NCBI GenBank assembly: GCA_030017685.1
Contig: JASEHH010000006.1
Location: 3,082 to 67,081 of the forward strand
Source: Thermodesulfobacteriota bacterium
GTDB lineage: Bacteria > Desulfobacterota > BSN033 > UBA1163
Reading direction: 5' to 3'
Length of the DNA stretch: 64,000 nt
Shown here: one piece after another, positions 37,291 to 46,583 of the stretch
How positions within the stretch are numbered: position 1 is the first letter of the stretch
Layout: each line of letters starts with the position of its first letter
Translations under genes and position numbers: made by a program
The notes under the pieces: model-generated
Databases searched by the model: none
The model's input: the letters and a program-made list of their open reading frames with translations, nothing else
What the model was told of the DNA's origin: nothing

Positions 37291-40200
37291 TCAAAGGGCT
37301 ACCCTCCTTTCAGTTTCAATTGACTTCACTCTCTCCAACCCTGCAAGAATCTCTCTGACCTTTGTCTGTGTGCCGTCGAGCCGGTAAGACCGGGTATAAA
37401 TCTCTTCTGCCCTGAGAAAATCTCCTGTCTGAATGAGACAATTACCGAGGGAATTTAACAAGGACAGATCACCGGGCTTGAACTCCAGGACTTTTTCAAA
37501 ACACCGGATGGCCTCTTTGTAGGACTTTTTTATAACCAGGCAGTGTCCGAGATTTTCAAAAGCGTCGAGGTGATCGGGGTTTAGTGTTAAAACCCTATTA
37601 AAGTAAGACATCGATTCATCGAACTTTCCCTCCTGATAAGCGATAACACCAAGGTTATTGATTGCATCGACATCTTCAATATTTTCTTGAAGGAGTCTAT
37701 TAAAAAGGTCTCTTGCCCCCTCCACATCTCCTGACTGGAAAAGCTCTTCCCCTAATGAGACAGAATATTCTTCCGGTTTGAGGGGGGAGTAGTGTCGGCC
37801 GGGGATAAAACCCTGCCTCAAAATCTCCGTCAAATCATAAGGATCTCCGCATTTTAGGTCTTCAGGAATACCCCATTTCTTCTTGAAGATCTCCCAGTTT
37901 CTTTTCAAACTCTCACTATAGTCGATGCCGGATCCCGCAAAAGTTCGACTCCCGAAGTGGTGGACAAAACAGTCCTCTGCGATCCAGGATTCAAAGCCTG
38001 CCAATCTTGCCCGTAAAGAGAAATCGTCATCCTCAAAATTTCCCAGACCGTATCGGCTATCCAAGCCTCCGATCTTCTCCACAACCGCGCTCTTAATGAG
38101 CATACAGAAACCGACCACCCTCCAGAAAGGCTTGGCCTGCCCCCTATGTGTCTGTGCATAATCCTGGGCAAATTGATTTAGACCGGCCAACGATTGGAGA
38201 TCATAAGTGACTTCTTTAATCCATTGAGGTCCCGAAACATAATTCGACATCGGCCCAACAATGCCAATCTTAGGTTCCCGTTCGGCCACAGCGATCATCC
38301 GTTCCAGCCAGCCAGGTGTGACAACCACATCATTGTTCATGAGGAGAAGGTAATCCCCCTTCGCCTCTGCCATGCCCTGATTGTTTCCCCTGGCAAATCC
38401 AAGATTCCTTTCATTAGGAATTACCTTAATGGTCTTACAAAATAATTTGTTTTCCTCTAATTTCCTTTCCTTTTTTTTCTTCTTCTTCTTGATCTTACCT
38501 TTACCCTTCAGATCTCCATCCCACCCTTCCACTTTTCCATCCTTATCTGCTTTTAATCTCCATCCATCAATATCGTCTCTTCCCTTCCTGATCCCGTCTA
38601 AATATTGTAGTGTTCCATCAGTGGATCCATTATCGACAAGGATCAATTCAAAAGGTTCACGGGTATATTTAAAGAGACTTTCAATGCACTTCTTTGTATA
38701 TTCAAGCTGATTGTGGACTAAAATCACAATAGAGACCAGCGGGATATTGATACTTTCGGATTCTTGCAAAACCCCCTCGTCACCCCTGTTTGGTAAGGAA
38801 TAAGGTCGGATGAAACCGAAATTGGAGTGAGTAAAGGAACCATCCTTTTTAAGGATAAAGTCGTGATCAATCTTGCCCAACCACCTTCTATGCAAGAGAC
38901 GTGTGTTTTCATCAGTTCTTCTATGCCGTTCCGGCCCACTTTTCGATTCATGATGGATCACCACACTTTCAGGTTGATACACGAGCTTCCATGACCTCTC
39001 CTGGAATTTGAAACATAAATCCACATCTTCGTATCCATTCCAGAACTCTTCTTCAAATCCTCCAGCCTGCCGGAAGGCTGATTTTCTCACTAACAGACAG
39101 GCGGCCGTGAGTGCCTGAAACGTCCGTCTCTGATTCGCATCATTATAATCTCCCGGCTTTTCATAGTAGACATGACGGGCAACCAAAGGGTCTGGTAATT
39201 TCCTGTCGTCGATGATGACCACACCAGCATGCTGAATCTTCCCGTCGGGGAAGAGAAGCTTGCTCCCTGCGGCGGCGACAGAGGGATCATTCTCCAGGAT
39301 CTCGAGAAGAGGTTCCAGCCATCCTTTTTGAGGTTCCGTGTCATTATTGAGAAACATGAGATAACTCGATCGGGCCGCCTCCGCTCCTTGGTTACAGGCT
39401 TTCGCAAAGCCGAGGTTTGCGTCGTTCCGTATGACCCGCAGAAGCCCCTTTGCCGCCTCATGACGCAGGAAATCGGTTGTTCCGTCCGTCGAGGCGTTAT
39501 CCACGACAATAATTTCATAATTTGAATCCTGCGTATTCTGATAAATAGATTTCAGGCATTGTCGATTCAGGCACAGGTTGTTGAAAACGGGAATAATGAT
39601 GGAGACCTTCGGATTCTCAATCTTCTCTTTCTCTTCTTTGGGCGGTAAAGCTGTTAAAGGTTGAGATTCTCCATTTACTCTTAATTCCGGAGAAACCCCC
39701 TCTTCTTCTGGATTTGCCAAGGCATCAAGGTATTCCTTGGCAGCCATGTTCTCAGGTTCGATTTCCAAAACCTGTTTAAAAAAATAGGAAGCGTCCCCAA
39801 GCCGACCTGCTCTGAGGCAGTAATTTCCCACTCCCAGGAGCGCCTCTACATCCATCGGCTGGTCAGCAAGCACCATTTGATAAAGCTGAAGGGCTTCCTT
39901 CATCTGCCCTAATTCCATGCGCAAGTCTGCCATATTTTTCATGGCATTCCGGTTCTTTGGGTCAGCTTTGATGGATTGGATAAAATGTTCCAGAGCAAGT
40001 TTTCTGTCGCCCCGGTGAAAATAGAGGACGCCTAAATCGTCATGGGCAAGAGAATGAGCAGGAAATAGGATTAAGAGCTTTTCAAGTGCTGAAATCGCCT
40101 CTTCTATTAGGCTTTCTTTGATCAGCTGTTGTATTCGATCATATTCCCGTTTAACCATTTCATCAAAATTCTTAAAAAAGGTCTCCTGCACTTGGTGCAA

Positions 40201-43200
40201 ATTGGGCTTACCTTTTGAATATTCCCTATATTTTTCATAGATCCTTTTCATATTCCGGAGAAAATCGATCTTTTTGCCACCGGTCATTGTCGTGCCATCT
40301 TCTCTCCAGCTGAACTCACAGGTGACCTTCCGGATATGGGCGAATTTAAACTTTCTGGACAAGCGAATCCACAGGTCCCAGTCTTCCTGGGTGGTCAGAT
40401 CTTCATCGAAGCAGCCTACTTCATCTAAACAGGATTTCTCATGCATAAAACAGAGAACAGGAACAAAATTCTCCAGCAGAATCCGGTCATCATCGAAATC
40501 AAAGGAATAAGGCACATCCTGCTTTACAACAGCATATCTGCCATTCACTTTTTTTTGGTGAGCCCGGTGGGCATCCGTATAAGCAACCTTATAATCACTG
40601 CCTTCCAAGAACTGGACCAATGTCTCCAGGTGATCAGGGTAGTAAAGATCATCATCGTCCAGATAGGCAATGTATTTCCCCTTTGCCATTTTTATCCCCG
40701 TGTTCCGGGCCGCAGCCAGGCCAAGATTCCGGCCATGCCTGACATAGGTCATCCTTCCGGCCTGGTTCAAAAACGTCACCACATTCTCAACATCGACTCC
40801 TGCATCATTGACAATGATAATTTCATAGTTGGAATAAGTCTGGTTGAGAATGCTCCTTAGGGTCTCCACCAGCATGTCCGGTCGATTATAGGTCGGGACG
40901 ATGACAGAAACGAGAGGGAATTCTCCTTCGGGTTCCTCCTTCCTGATCTTGTCGATTCTCTCTCCCTCTTTTTTAAATGTGGATTCGCTGGGGGTATCCC
41001 AATGCATGATGTGCGCCTTCTCGTCGCCGGGATTCATCCGGTTGGCACAGACCTTACATTCCGCAATAGGGCAATCCTTCCCGGCCTGTGAGGAGATTCG
41101 CAATGCTCGGTACATCTCCCCATTCCAGAACTCTTCTATAGGATGGGTCAAAGCATTTCCAAAAGGATAAACCCCTCCTTCAACTTTCTCCTTGAAGTGG
41201 ACCTCGGCTCCTCCGCAGGGATAGATCTCACCGTCAAAACCGACCATCAACTGAGTCTCCGGCCACACACAAGGTCGAGGGCCAGCATATTCCTTGAATA
41301 AAGGTTCATGGAAGAAATGAATTCCATATTTCTCCGCAAGAGATTTGGCTTTCTCAACCATCTGATCGGAGAGTTCTTTATGGTAGAAAAGGGAGTCCTG
41401 ATTGTTTAATCGGTCTTCTTCCCGATCTACATTAAGATGACGAATTCGTTCAGGATAAAAACGGGTATAGAAAATATTGAGAGCATCGATTCCAATCTCC
41501 CTCCCGAGCTCAACCAGGGCCGGCAGGTCTTCGATATTCAGGCGGTTGATCGCACTGGAGAATTGCAACACCGGGCCCGTCCCTTTTTCCCTCCGGAGGG
41601 CTACAAATCTTCTGGCGTTCTGGCATACTTTATCGAAACAGTCGACTTGCATGACTCGTTTATAGACGTTTCGACTGGCCGCATTGATGGAAATGTTGAG
41701 ATCGGAAATCTTGCACCGAAGGAATGCCTCGGAGATCTCCTCGGTGAGGGCGATCCCGTTGGTGGTGATGGAGATGCCTACGCCTGAATATCGGTCATGG
41801 GTATATTGGATGATCGGGATCAGGTGGGGGTTCAATAATGGATCTCCCGCCCCAGCTAAGACGATTTTTTGAAAACGCTCCAATTTCAAATTGGCAGCCA
41901 TCCGTTGAAACTTTTCGAGAGTGATGAGCCGTTTGCTCTCGCTCCGGAAATAGTCCCCTCCGCAGAAAATGCATTTGGCGTTGCATTTGTCGATCATGAG
42001 GAAATGGACCTGAACCGGGAAGCGACTCGTCCAGCCATTTGTTGAGGTTGGGTTTTTTGGCCTTTCCGTTGCGGTATTTCTACATTCCTTCTTTTCCCTT
42101 AAACAAGGTCTTCTTTCCATTTTAATCCCCCAGACCTGATAAAGAGCCAAGAGGTTTCCAGATTGACGTTGATTTCGAGAAGGATTCAGGACATAAGACC
42201 CGCTGGGTATTTCGATATAAATCCTATCCTGAGCTATCGAGCTAAACCCCTGACTTAGAAATAAGCGGTGAAGTTCCTCCTCGCTTAGCCAATCATCCAC
42301 TGGCTGTCGGCTGTGATTTGTGAGTTTCATCCAAGTATCGAAGACCTCGGCTCGTGGGGTGGTCAAGATGACATAGCCACCCGGTTTCGTTAGAAAGCTT
42401 AGCTCACGGACAAATTGAGCCTGCTCTGCTCGGGGAACATGCTCAATAACCTCAGAAGCCAAAACTACGTCATAAGGGTGGAAATCCGGCTTGGTGAGGA
42501 TCGTTTTGGCATATCCCACACAGAAATTCAGATTGGGGAAATACCTTCTGGCAGCTGCAATCACCTCAGCGGCCGGATCAACCCCTCCGGCAATACCATA
42601 AGAAGAAGCCAAATGGGTTAACCATCCACGTCCGCAACCAACATCCAAAATTCGTAATTTTTGAGTGCAGTCCACCTTCCCCGATTGAATAATCTTGACT
42701 AAGATAGAAGATATTTTGGACCAACGAGCCTTTTCATCCTCATTCGGATCCGGTCCTGAAAAATACGAACCCTTCGTAAACAAGTTTACATAATAGGCAT
42801 CCTGTCGCGCTTTATCGGAAGAAAAGGCCCTTTTCTCTTTATAAGATAGCGAACTTCCCTCTGAGGATTTTTCCATGTCATCAGAATGACCAAAACGAGA
42901 AACCGTATTCGGATCCTTTTCTAACTCTCCATAGTCTGGTTCCTTTCCGGTTTCTATCCAGTCAAGAACCTGTCGAATTCGGTTTTCAATGGTATGAAAT
43001 CGCCGGAGTTTGCGGGAGGCATTCTCAGCAATGACTCTGCTGAAATCTGGTTCGTTCTGAAGCCTTTGTATATGGGACGCTAATTGGGAAGGATCTTTCT
43101 TGTTAAAAAGTAAAATTTCCCTGCCGTCATCAAACAGCGCTTTATTGCGTGGGCGATTCGGCACCTCCCACGAAATGACCGGTCGTCCGGCAGCCATGGC

Positions 43201-44103
43201 TTCAAAGACCCGGCCTGCATAAGACTTAACATAGTGAGGTAGATTGACCACTGCACAACCGGTTTGCAGACCCTCCAGCCACAGCGCAAATACTTCCCGG
43301 CGAATTCGGCGCAGGGAGTCGAGGTACGCAGAGAGGAAGCTCTCGTTTACTGGCAACCCATCATTCAAGTGGGCGCTGGCAGCCCGGTTCAACTCGTCAA
43401 ACTGCTTTGGATAATCCGTGGCGTCTTCCGGCGGCGCCAGGTAAACAAATAGCCCTCTCAAATCAGGGCGCTCCAGCCAAACAGCACGTTCTCCGTAGAG
43501 CGCACCACAGAAGATGGCATGGTTATTCGGTGGCCGTCTATTCTGCTCGCAGATAAAACGCTCTGGCACTGCTCCAGGCCACCACATCGCTTGCGCCAGT
43601 CCCCGCGAATTGATATCTTCTGCATCTTTCTCGTCACCCGCTAACACATGTGTCAAATACTTAAACCGTTTTTCAACCAGAGATTTTCTCCCCCTCAAAT
43701 TTGGAGCGAGAACATACTCCTCAGGAGTGTACTCTATAGATTCTGGTAAAAAGCCAACGCGTACCGGTGCCAGCGTGGCAAGCCACTCCAAAAATGTCTC
43801 ATCGAGGCTGCTATGAACGATTTCAACCCAAACCTGATCAAAATGTTTCCCGGCGCAAATCTTCTGCGCATGCCTTAGCCAGGATCCAGGTGAAGATGGA
43901 AATAGCTCATGGATTGCTGGAATGGTAAGATACTCTAAACCATTGGCTTGGAATCCTTCCTCAATGCCAAGTTGTGCGATGTAGGACCAACTCCGAGCCC
44001 TTGCCCAAGTCTGGAATTCCAGTTCTATGAGCAATACTTTTACCTTGGCTCGACCGGTTACATAAACATCGGCATGCGACTTACGATATTCCATTGAATC
44101 CAT
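37291..44103 (-). CDS. 2270-aa multidomain glycosyltransferase: GT-B(CgeB-like)-SAM MTase-radical SAM/SPASM-GT2-TPR-GT2-GT2-TPR
   Basis: YAGRVFEAMAAG; ILDVGCGRG; C707xxxC711xxC714; CVWP...YPCGG...CKVC; three VSxIxxxxN...xDxxSxD GT2 starts; two TPR blocks; one open frame. Confidence 0.88.
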   Translation of the reverse strand: MDSMEYRKSHADVYVTGRAKVKVLLIELEFQTWARARSWSYIAQLGIEEGFQANGLEYLTIPAIHELFPSSPGSWLRHAQKICAGKHFDQVWVEIVHSSLDETFLEWLATLAPVRVGFLPESIEYTPEEYVLAPNLRGRKSLVEKRFKYLTHVLAGDEKDAEDINSRGLAQAMWWPGAVPERFICEQNRRPPNNHAIFCGALYGERAVWLERPDLRGLFVYLAPPEDATDYPKQFDELNRAASAHLNDGLPVNESFLSAYLDSLRRIRREVFALWLEGLQTGCAVVNLPHYVKSYAGRVFEAMAAGRPVISWEVPNRPRNKALFDDGREILLFNKKDPSQLASHIQRLQNEPDFSRVIAENASRKLRRFHTIENRIRQVLDWIETGKEPDYGELEKDPNTVSRFGHSDDMEKSSEGSSLSYKEKRAFSSDKARQDAYYVNLFTKGSYFSGPDPNEDEKARWSKISSILVKIIQSGKVDCTQKLRILDVGCGRGWLTHLASSYGIAGGVDPAAEVIAAARRYFPNLNFCVGYAKTILTKPDFHPYDVVLASEVIEHVPRAEQAQFVRELSFLTKPGGYVILTTPRAEVFDTWMKLTNHSRQPVDDWLSEEELHRLFLSQGFSSIAQDRIYIEIPSGSYVLNPSRNQRQSGNLLALYQVWGIKMERRPCLREKKECRNTATERPKNPTSTNGWTSRFPVQVHFLMIDKCNAKCIFCGGDYFRSESKRLITLEKFQRMAANLKLERFQKIVLAGAGDPLLNPHLIPIIQYTHDRYSGVGISITTNGIALTEEISEAFLRCKISDLNISINAASRNVYKRVMQVDCFDKVCQNARRFVALRREKGTGPVLQFSSAINRLNIEDLPALVELGREIGIDALNIFYTRFYPERIRHLNVDREEDRLNNQDSLFYHKELSDQMVEKAKSLAEKYGIHFFHEPLFKEYAGPRPCVWPETQLMVGFDGEIYPCGGAEVHFKEKVEGGVYPFGNALTHPIEEFWNGEMYRALRISSQAGKDCPIAECKVCANRMNPGDEKAHIMHWDTPSESTFKKEGERIDKIRKEEPEGEFPLVSVIVPTYNRPDMLVETLRSILNQTYSNYEIIIVNDAGVDVENVVTFLNQAGRMTYVRHGRNLGLAAARNTGIKMAKGKYIAYLDDDDLYYPDHLETLVQFLEGSDYKVAYTDAHRAHQKKVNGRYAVVKQDVPYSFDFDDDRILLENFVPVLCFMHEKSCLDEVGCFDEDLTTQEDWDLWIRLSRKFKFAHIRKVTCEFSWREDGTTMTGGKKIDFLRNMKRIYEKYREYSKGKPNLHQVQETFFKNFDEMVKREYDRIQQLIKESLIEEAISALEKLLILFPAHSLAHDDLGVLYFHRGDRKLALEHFIQSIKADPKNRNAMKNMADLRMELGQMKEALQLYQMVLADQPMDVEALLGVGNYCLRAGRLGDASYFFKQVLEIEPENMAAKEYLDALANPEEEGVSPELRVNGESQPLTALPPKEEKEKIENPKVSIIIPVFNNLCLNRQCLKSIYQNTQDSNYEIIVVDNASTDGTTDFLRHEAAKGLLRVIRNDANLGFAKACNQGAEAARSSYLMFLNNDTEPQKGWLEPLLEILENDPSVAAAGSKLLFPDGKIQHAGVVIIDDRKLPDPLVARHVYYEKPGDYNDANQRRTFQALTAACLLVRKSAFRQAGGFEEEFWNGYEDVDLCFKFQERSWKLVYQPESVVIHHESKSGPERHRRTDENTRLLHRRWLGKIDHDFILKKDGSFTHSNFGFIRPYSLPNRGDEGVLQESESINIPLVSIVILVHNQLEYTKKCIESLFKYTREPFELILVDNGSTDGTLQYLDGIRKGRDDIDGWRLKADKDGKVEGWDGDLKGKGKIKKKKKKKERKLEENKLFCKTIKVIPNERNLGFARGNNQGMAEAKGDYLLLMNNDVVVTPGWLERMIAVAEREPKIGIVGPMSNYVSGPQWIKEVTYDLQSLAGLNQFAQDYAQTHRGQAKPFWRVVGFCMLIKSAVVEKIGGLDSRYGLGNFEDDDFSLRARLAGFESWIAEDCFVHHFGSRTFAGSGIDYSESLKRNWEIFKKKWGIPEDLKCGDPYDLTEILRQGFIPGRHYSPLKPEEYSVSLGEELFQSGDVEGARDLFNRLLQENIEDVDAINNLGVIAYQEGKFDESMSYFNRVLTLNPDHLDAFENLGHCLVIKKSYKEAIRCFEKVLEFKPGDLSLLNSLGNCLIQTGDFLRAEEIYTRSYRLDGTQTKVREILAGLERVKSIETERRVAL

Positions 44104-44117
44104 CCTATAACCACCTC

Positions 44118-45680
44118 TTAGGGATATCTTTCTCGCAACCTACTTGATGGATCCCTAACATTCCGTGAAAACCTGTATAATTCCCTCTCGAGCTTATAAG
44201 AAACCATCTTCTGTATGTGCTGAACGGTTGCATGACCAAACTTTCGGGCAATCATGCCCAGGTAGTCAGGTTTGTTGAAGTACCACTGGAAGGCGTTGTC
44301 CCGGAAGCGGAGCACCTCAGCCCCTGATAGGTATTTGGTCGGCAGAGGCAGTGTATCGACGGCATGTTGGGAATATCCGCTCCAAGTCTCCGGCAGCGGC
44401 CAGCCATCTTTTAGAGCGGTCTTGTACAATTGGGAGCCAGGATAGGCCATTGCACAATAAAAATTGGCGTATTCGGCATTGAGCTCGAGAGCCTGATACA
44501 GGGTTTCCTGCATGCTCGCTATATCGTCCTCGGGCAAGCCGAAGATGTAATTGGCGCCGATATGAATTCCTGACTCCCTGACTTCCTCCAAAACATGAAG
44601 CGTCTTTCCCGGTTTATAGGCCTTGCTCGCATCAGCCAGCACGCGCTCGCTCGCAGACTCGATTCCAAAGGCAAGCCAGTTGACGCCCGCCCGCTTCAGC
44701 TTTTCCAGCATTCTCTTCTTCACGGTATCGATCCGGGCATAGGCCCAGATATTGAGGTCATAGCCCCGCTTGATGATTAGGTCACAGATCGTCTCCACAT
44801 GCTTTGGGTTGAGGATAAATATCTCGTCTGCGATCTTAATATTCCGAACGCCGTATTGACGAACCAGAACGTCAATCTCTTTAATAACCAACTGGGGGTT
44901 CCAGAGCCTGTAACTGTTCACGCCACCTTTGTAACCTAATACCTTCTCGCCCTTCCGGAACGGTGCCTGGATACAACAGAAGGTACAATGGTAAGGACAT
45001 CCCAAAGTGGTATAGAGCGCCGCATAGGGTTGCCGCTTGAGATCACCGAAACAATGCCAGTTGTGGGCTCTATATTTCTCCATGGGAAGGAGGTCCCAGG
45101 CGATTCCAGGCATCTCTCCGTCAAGGTCTTTTATGAGAGGAGCCGGTGGATTCGACTTGATCATCCCATCCTCTCGATACCAGAGGTCATGCACCTTTCT
45201 GTAATCGGCTTGAGACGACTTGAGAGCTTGAAGGAGTTCCAGGATGGTATGGGGTCCTTCGCCTCCGCAGACAAAATCCGTATCTTCTTCCTGTAGCGTC
45301 CGTTCAGGCAGTGCGGCCACATGACCGCCAACCATCAATATCTTGAGTTCTGAAGCATTCTGCTTCAAAGCGGCACAGATGGCACTCGCAGCGGGCATCA
45401 CCTGGGTGGAGGCAGAAGGGTTATGTCCATAAACCACCAAGGCCGTTAACAATGGAGCGATGTCAGCGATCTGCTGAACCGTCTCCTCAATGGAAAGATT
45501 CTCCGCATTGGCATCCAAAATCTGGACTTCAAATCCTCGTTGACGAATGAAGGTAGCCATAAGACCCGCCCAAACCGGAGGTTCCACAGCGACCAGTTCT
45601 GAGGCAAGGGATTGGTAGACCTGACTTCGACCGCCAGGGTTGACCAATAAGAGGTCGAGGTGTCTTTTTCTCACCAACAT
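44118..45680 (-). CDS. B12-binding radical SAM enzyme
   Basis: LLLVNPG...MVGGHVAALPE...VCGGEG; GCPYHCTFC; IADEIF; GIESAS. Confidence 0.9.
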   Translation of the reverse strand: MLVRKRHLDLLLVNPGGRSQVYQSLASELVAVEPPVWAGLMATFIRQRGFEVQILDANAENLSIEETVQQIADIAPLLTALVVYGHNPSASTQVMPAASAICAALKQNASELKILMVGGHVAALPERTLQEEDTDFVCGGEGPHTILELLQALKSSQADYRKVHDLWYREDGMIKSNPPAPLIKDLDGEMPGIAWDLLPMEKYRAHNWHCFGDLKRQPYAALYTTLGCPYHCTFCCIQAPFRKGEKVLGYKGGVNSYRLWNPQLVIKEIDVLVRQYGVRNIKIADEIFILNPKHVETICDLIIKRGYDLNIWAYARIDTVKKRMLEKLKRAGVNWLAFGIESASERVLADASKAYKPGKTLHVLEEVRESGIHIGANYIFGLPEDDIASMQETLYQALELNAEYANFYCAMAYPGSQLYKTALKDGWPLPETWSGYSQHAVDTLPLPTKYLSGAEVLRFRDNAFQWYFNKPDYLGMIARKFGHATVQHIQKMVSYKLERELYRFSRNVRDPSSRLRERYP

Positions 45681-45756
45681 TTCATCTCCTTACCCATCCA
45701 CTCCAATCGAATCTCTACCCCGCCGTCGGTGGCAGGCCTTCTCTATCTGATATGGG

Positions 45757-46566
45757 TTAAGCCTGTCTTGCTCCTCTTTTGCACTGTCTTGGGGAAACCA
45801 AAGAACGTTGTACCTCTGGCTTCCCTGAATTGCTTCGTTGCGTCCTCTTCCGAAGCGGCACTTCTTTGATTCTATCTCTCCCCTCTCCTCCCCGAATGGT
45901 GAGCAGAGAGATTCCGTTAGGGGCAGAAAAGGTTTCTGCAAGACGGTTCAAAGTGCTCATGGATACAACATCGCCCGGTCCCACAATCGGCTCTCCTGTG
46001 CGACTTACCAGACCTCCTTCTAAAACAACGATGATCTCTTCCGGGTCCCTATGCCGAAGTTCTGAAATCTCCTCAACCCTTTCAACGGAGAGAGTATGCC
46101 CGTGGAGGTTGTAGCGTTGATCCAGACCCTTCTTCGCCGGACTCAATTGAATACAATTCTCTGTCAGCGGAACGATCGCCTCCGTCCCTTCATAAGGTTT
46201 TTCTTTGCGGCCATAGGCATCCTCCAGCCTCACCAGATTGTCTTTCTCACGGGGGGTCTCAACCTCGATCACGGCAATCCCTTCAGGCGAAACCGCCTCT
46301 GTCGAATGGAAGAGCCCCTCCCGAATCATCAATTTGCTCGGGGATTTTAGATGAACGGAGTCATTTAAAAAGGAGAGAACAGCCTCTCCGGATAGAAGAA
46401 TAAGGCCTGTCTTCTTACGGGGATGGCAATGGAGGGAGGTCTTTGCATGTTGCTTGATATAAAGATACCATATTCCAACCATGTGGTTCTGAAACATCAA
46501 GTATTCAAAACCCCAAGGTTTTTTAACGATTATCTGTTCATAACTGGTCATATCGGACTCCATCAT
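45757..46566 (-). CDS. Cupin-domain protein (sugar isomerase-like)
   Basis: VKKPWGFEY...TSLHCHP...LFHSTEA...EVETP; start may be 46551. Confidence 0.75.
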   Translation of the reverse strand: MMESDMTSYEQIIVKKPWGFEYLMFQNHMVGIWYLYIKQHAKTSLHCHPRKKTGLILLSGEAVLSFLNDSVHLKSPSKLMIREGLFHSTEAVSPEGIAVIEVETPREKDNLVRLEDAYGRKEKPYEGTEAIVPLTENCIQLSPAKKGLDQRYNLHGHTLSVERVEEISELRHRDPEEIIVVLEGGLVSRTGEPIVGPGDVVSMSTLNRLAETFSAPNGISLLTIRGGEGRDRIKEVPLRKRTQRSNSGKPEVQRSLVSPRQCKRGARQA

Positions 46567-46583
46567 TCTTCCCAGATCGGCCG

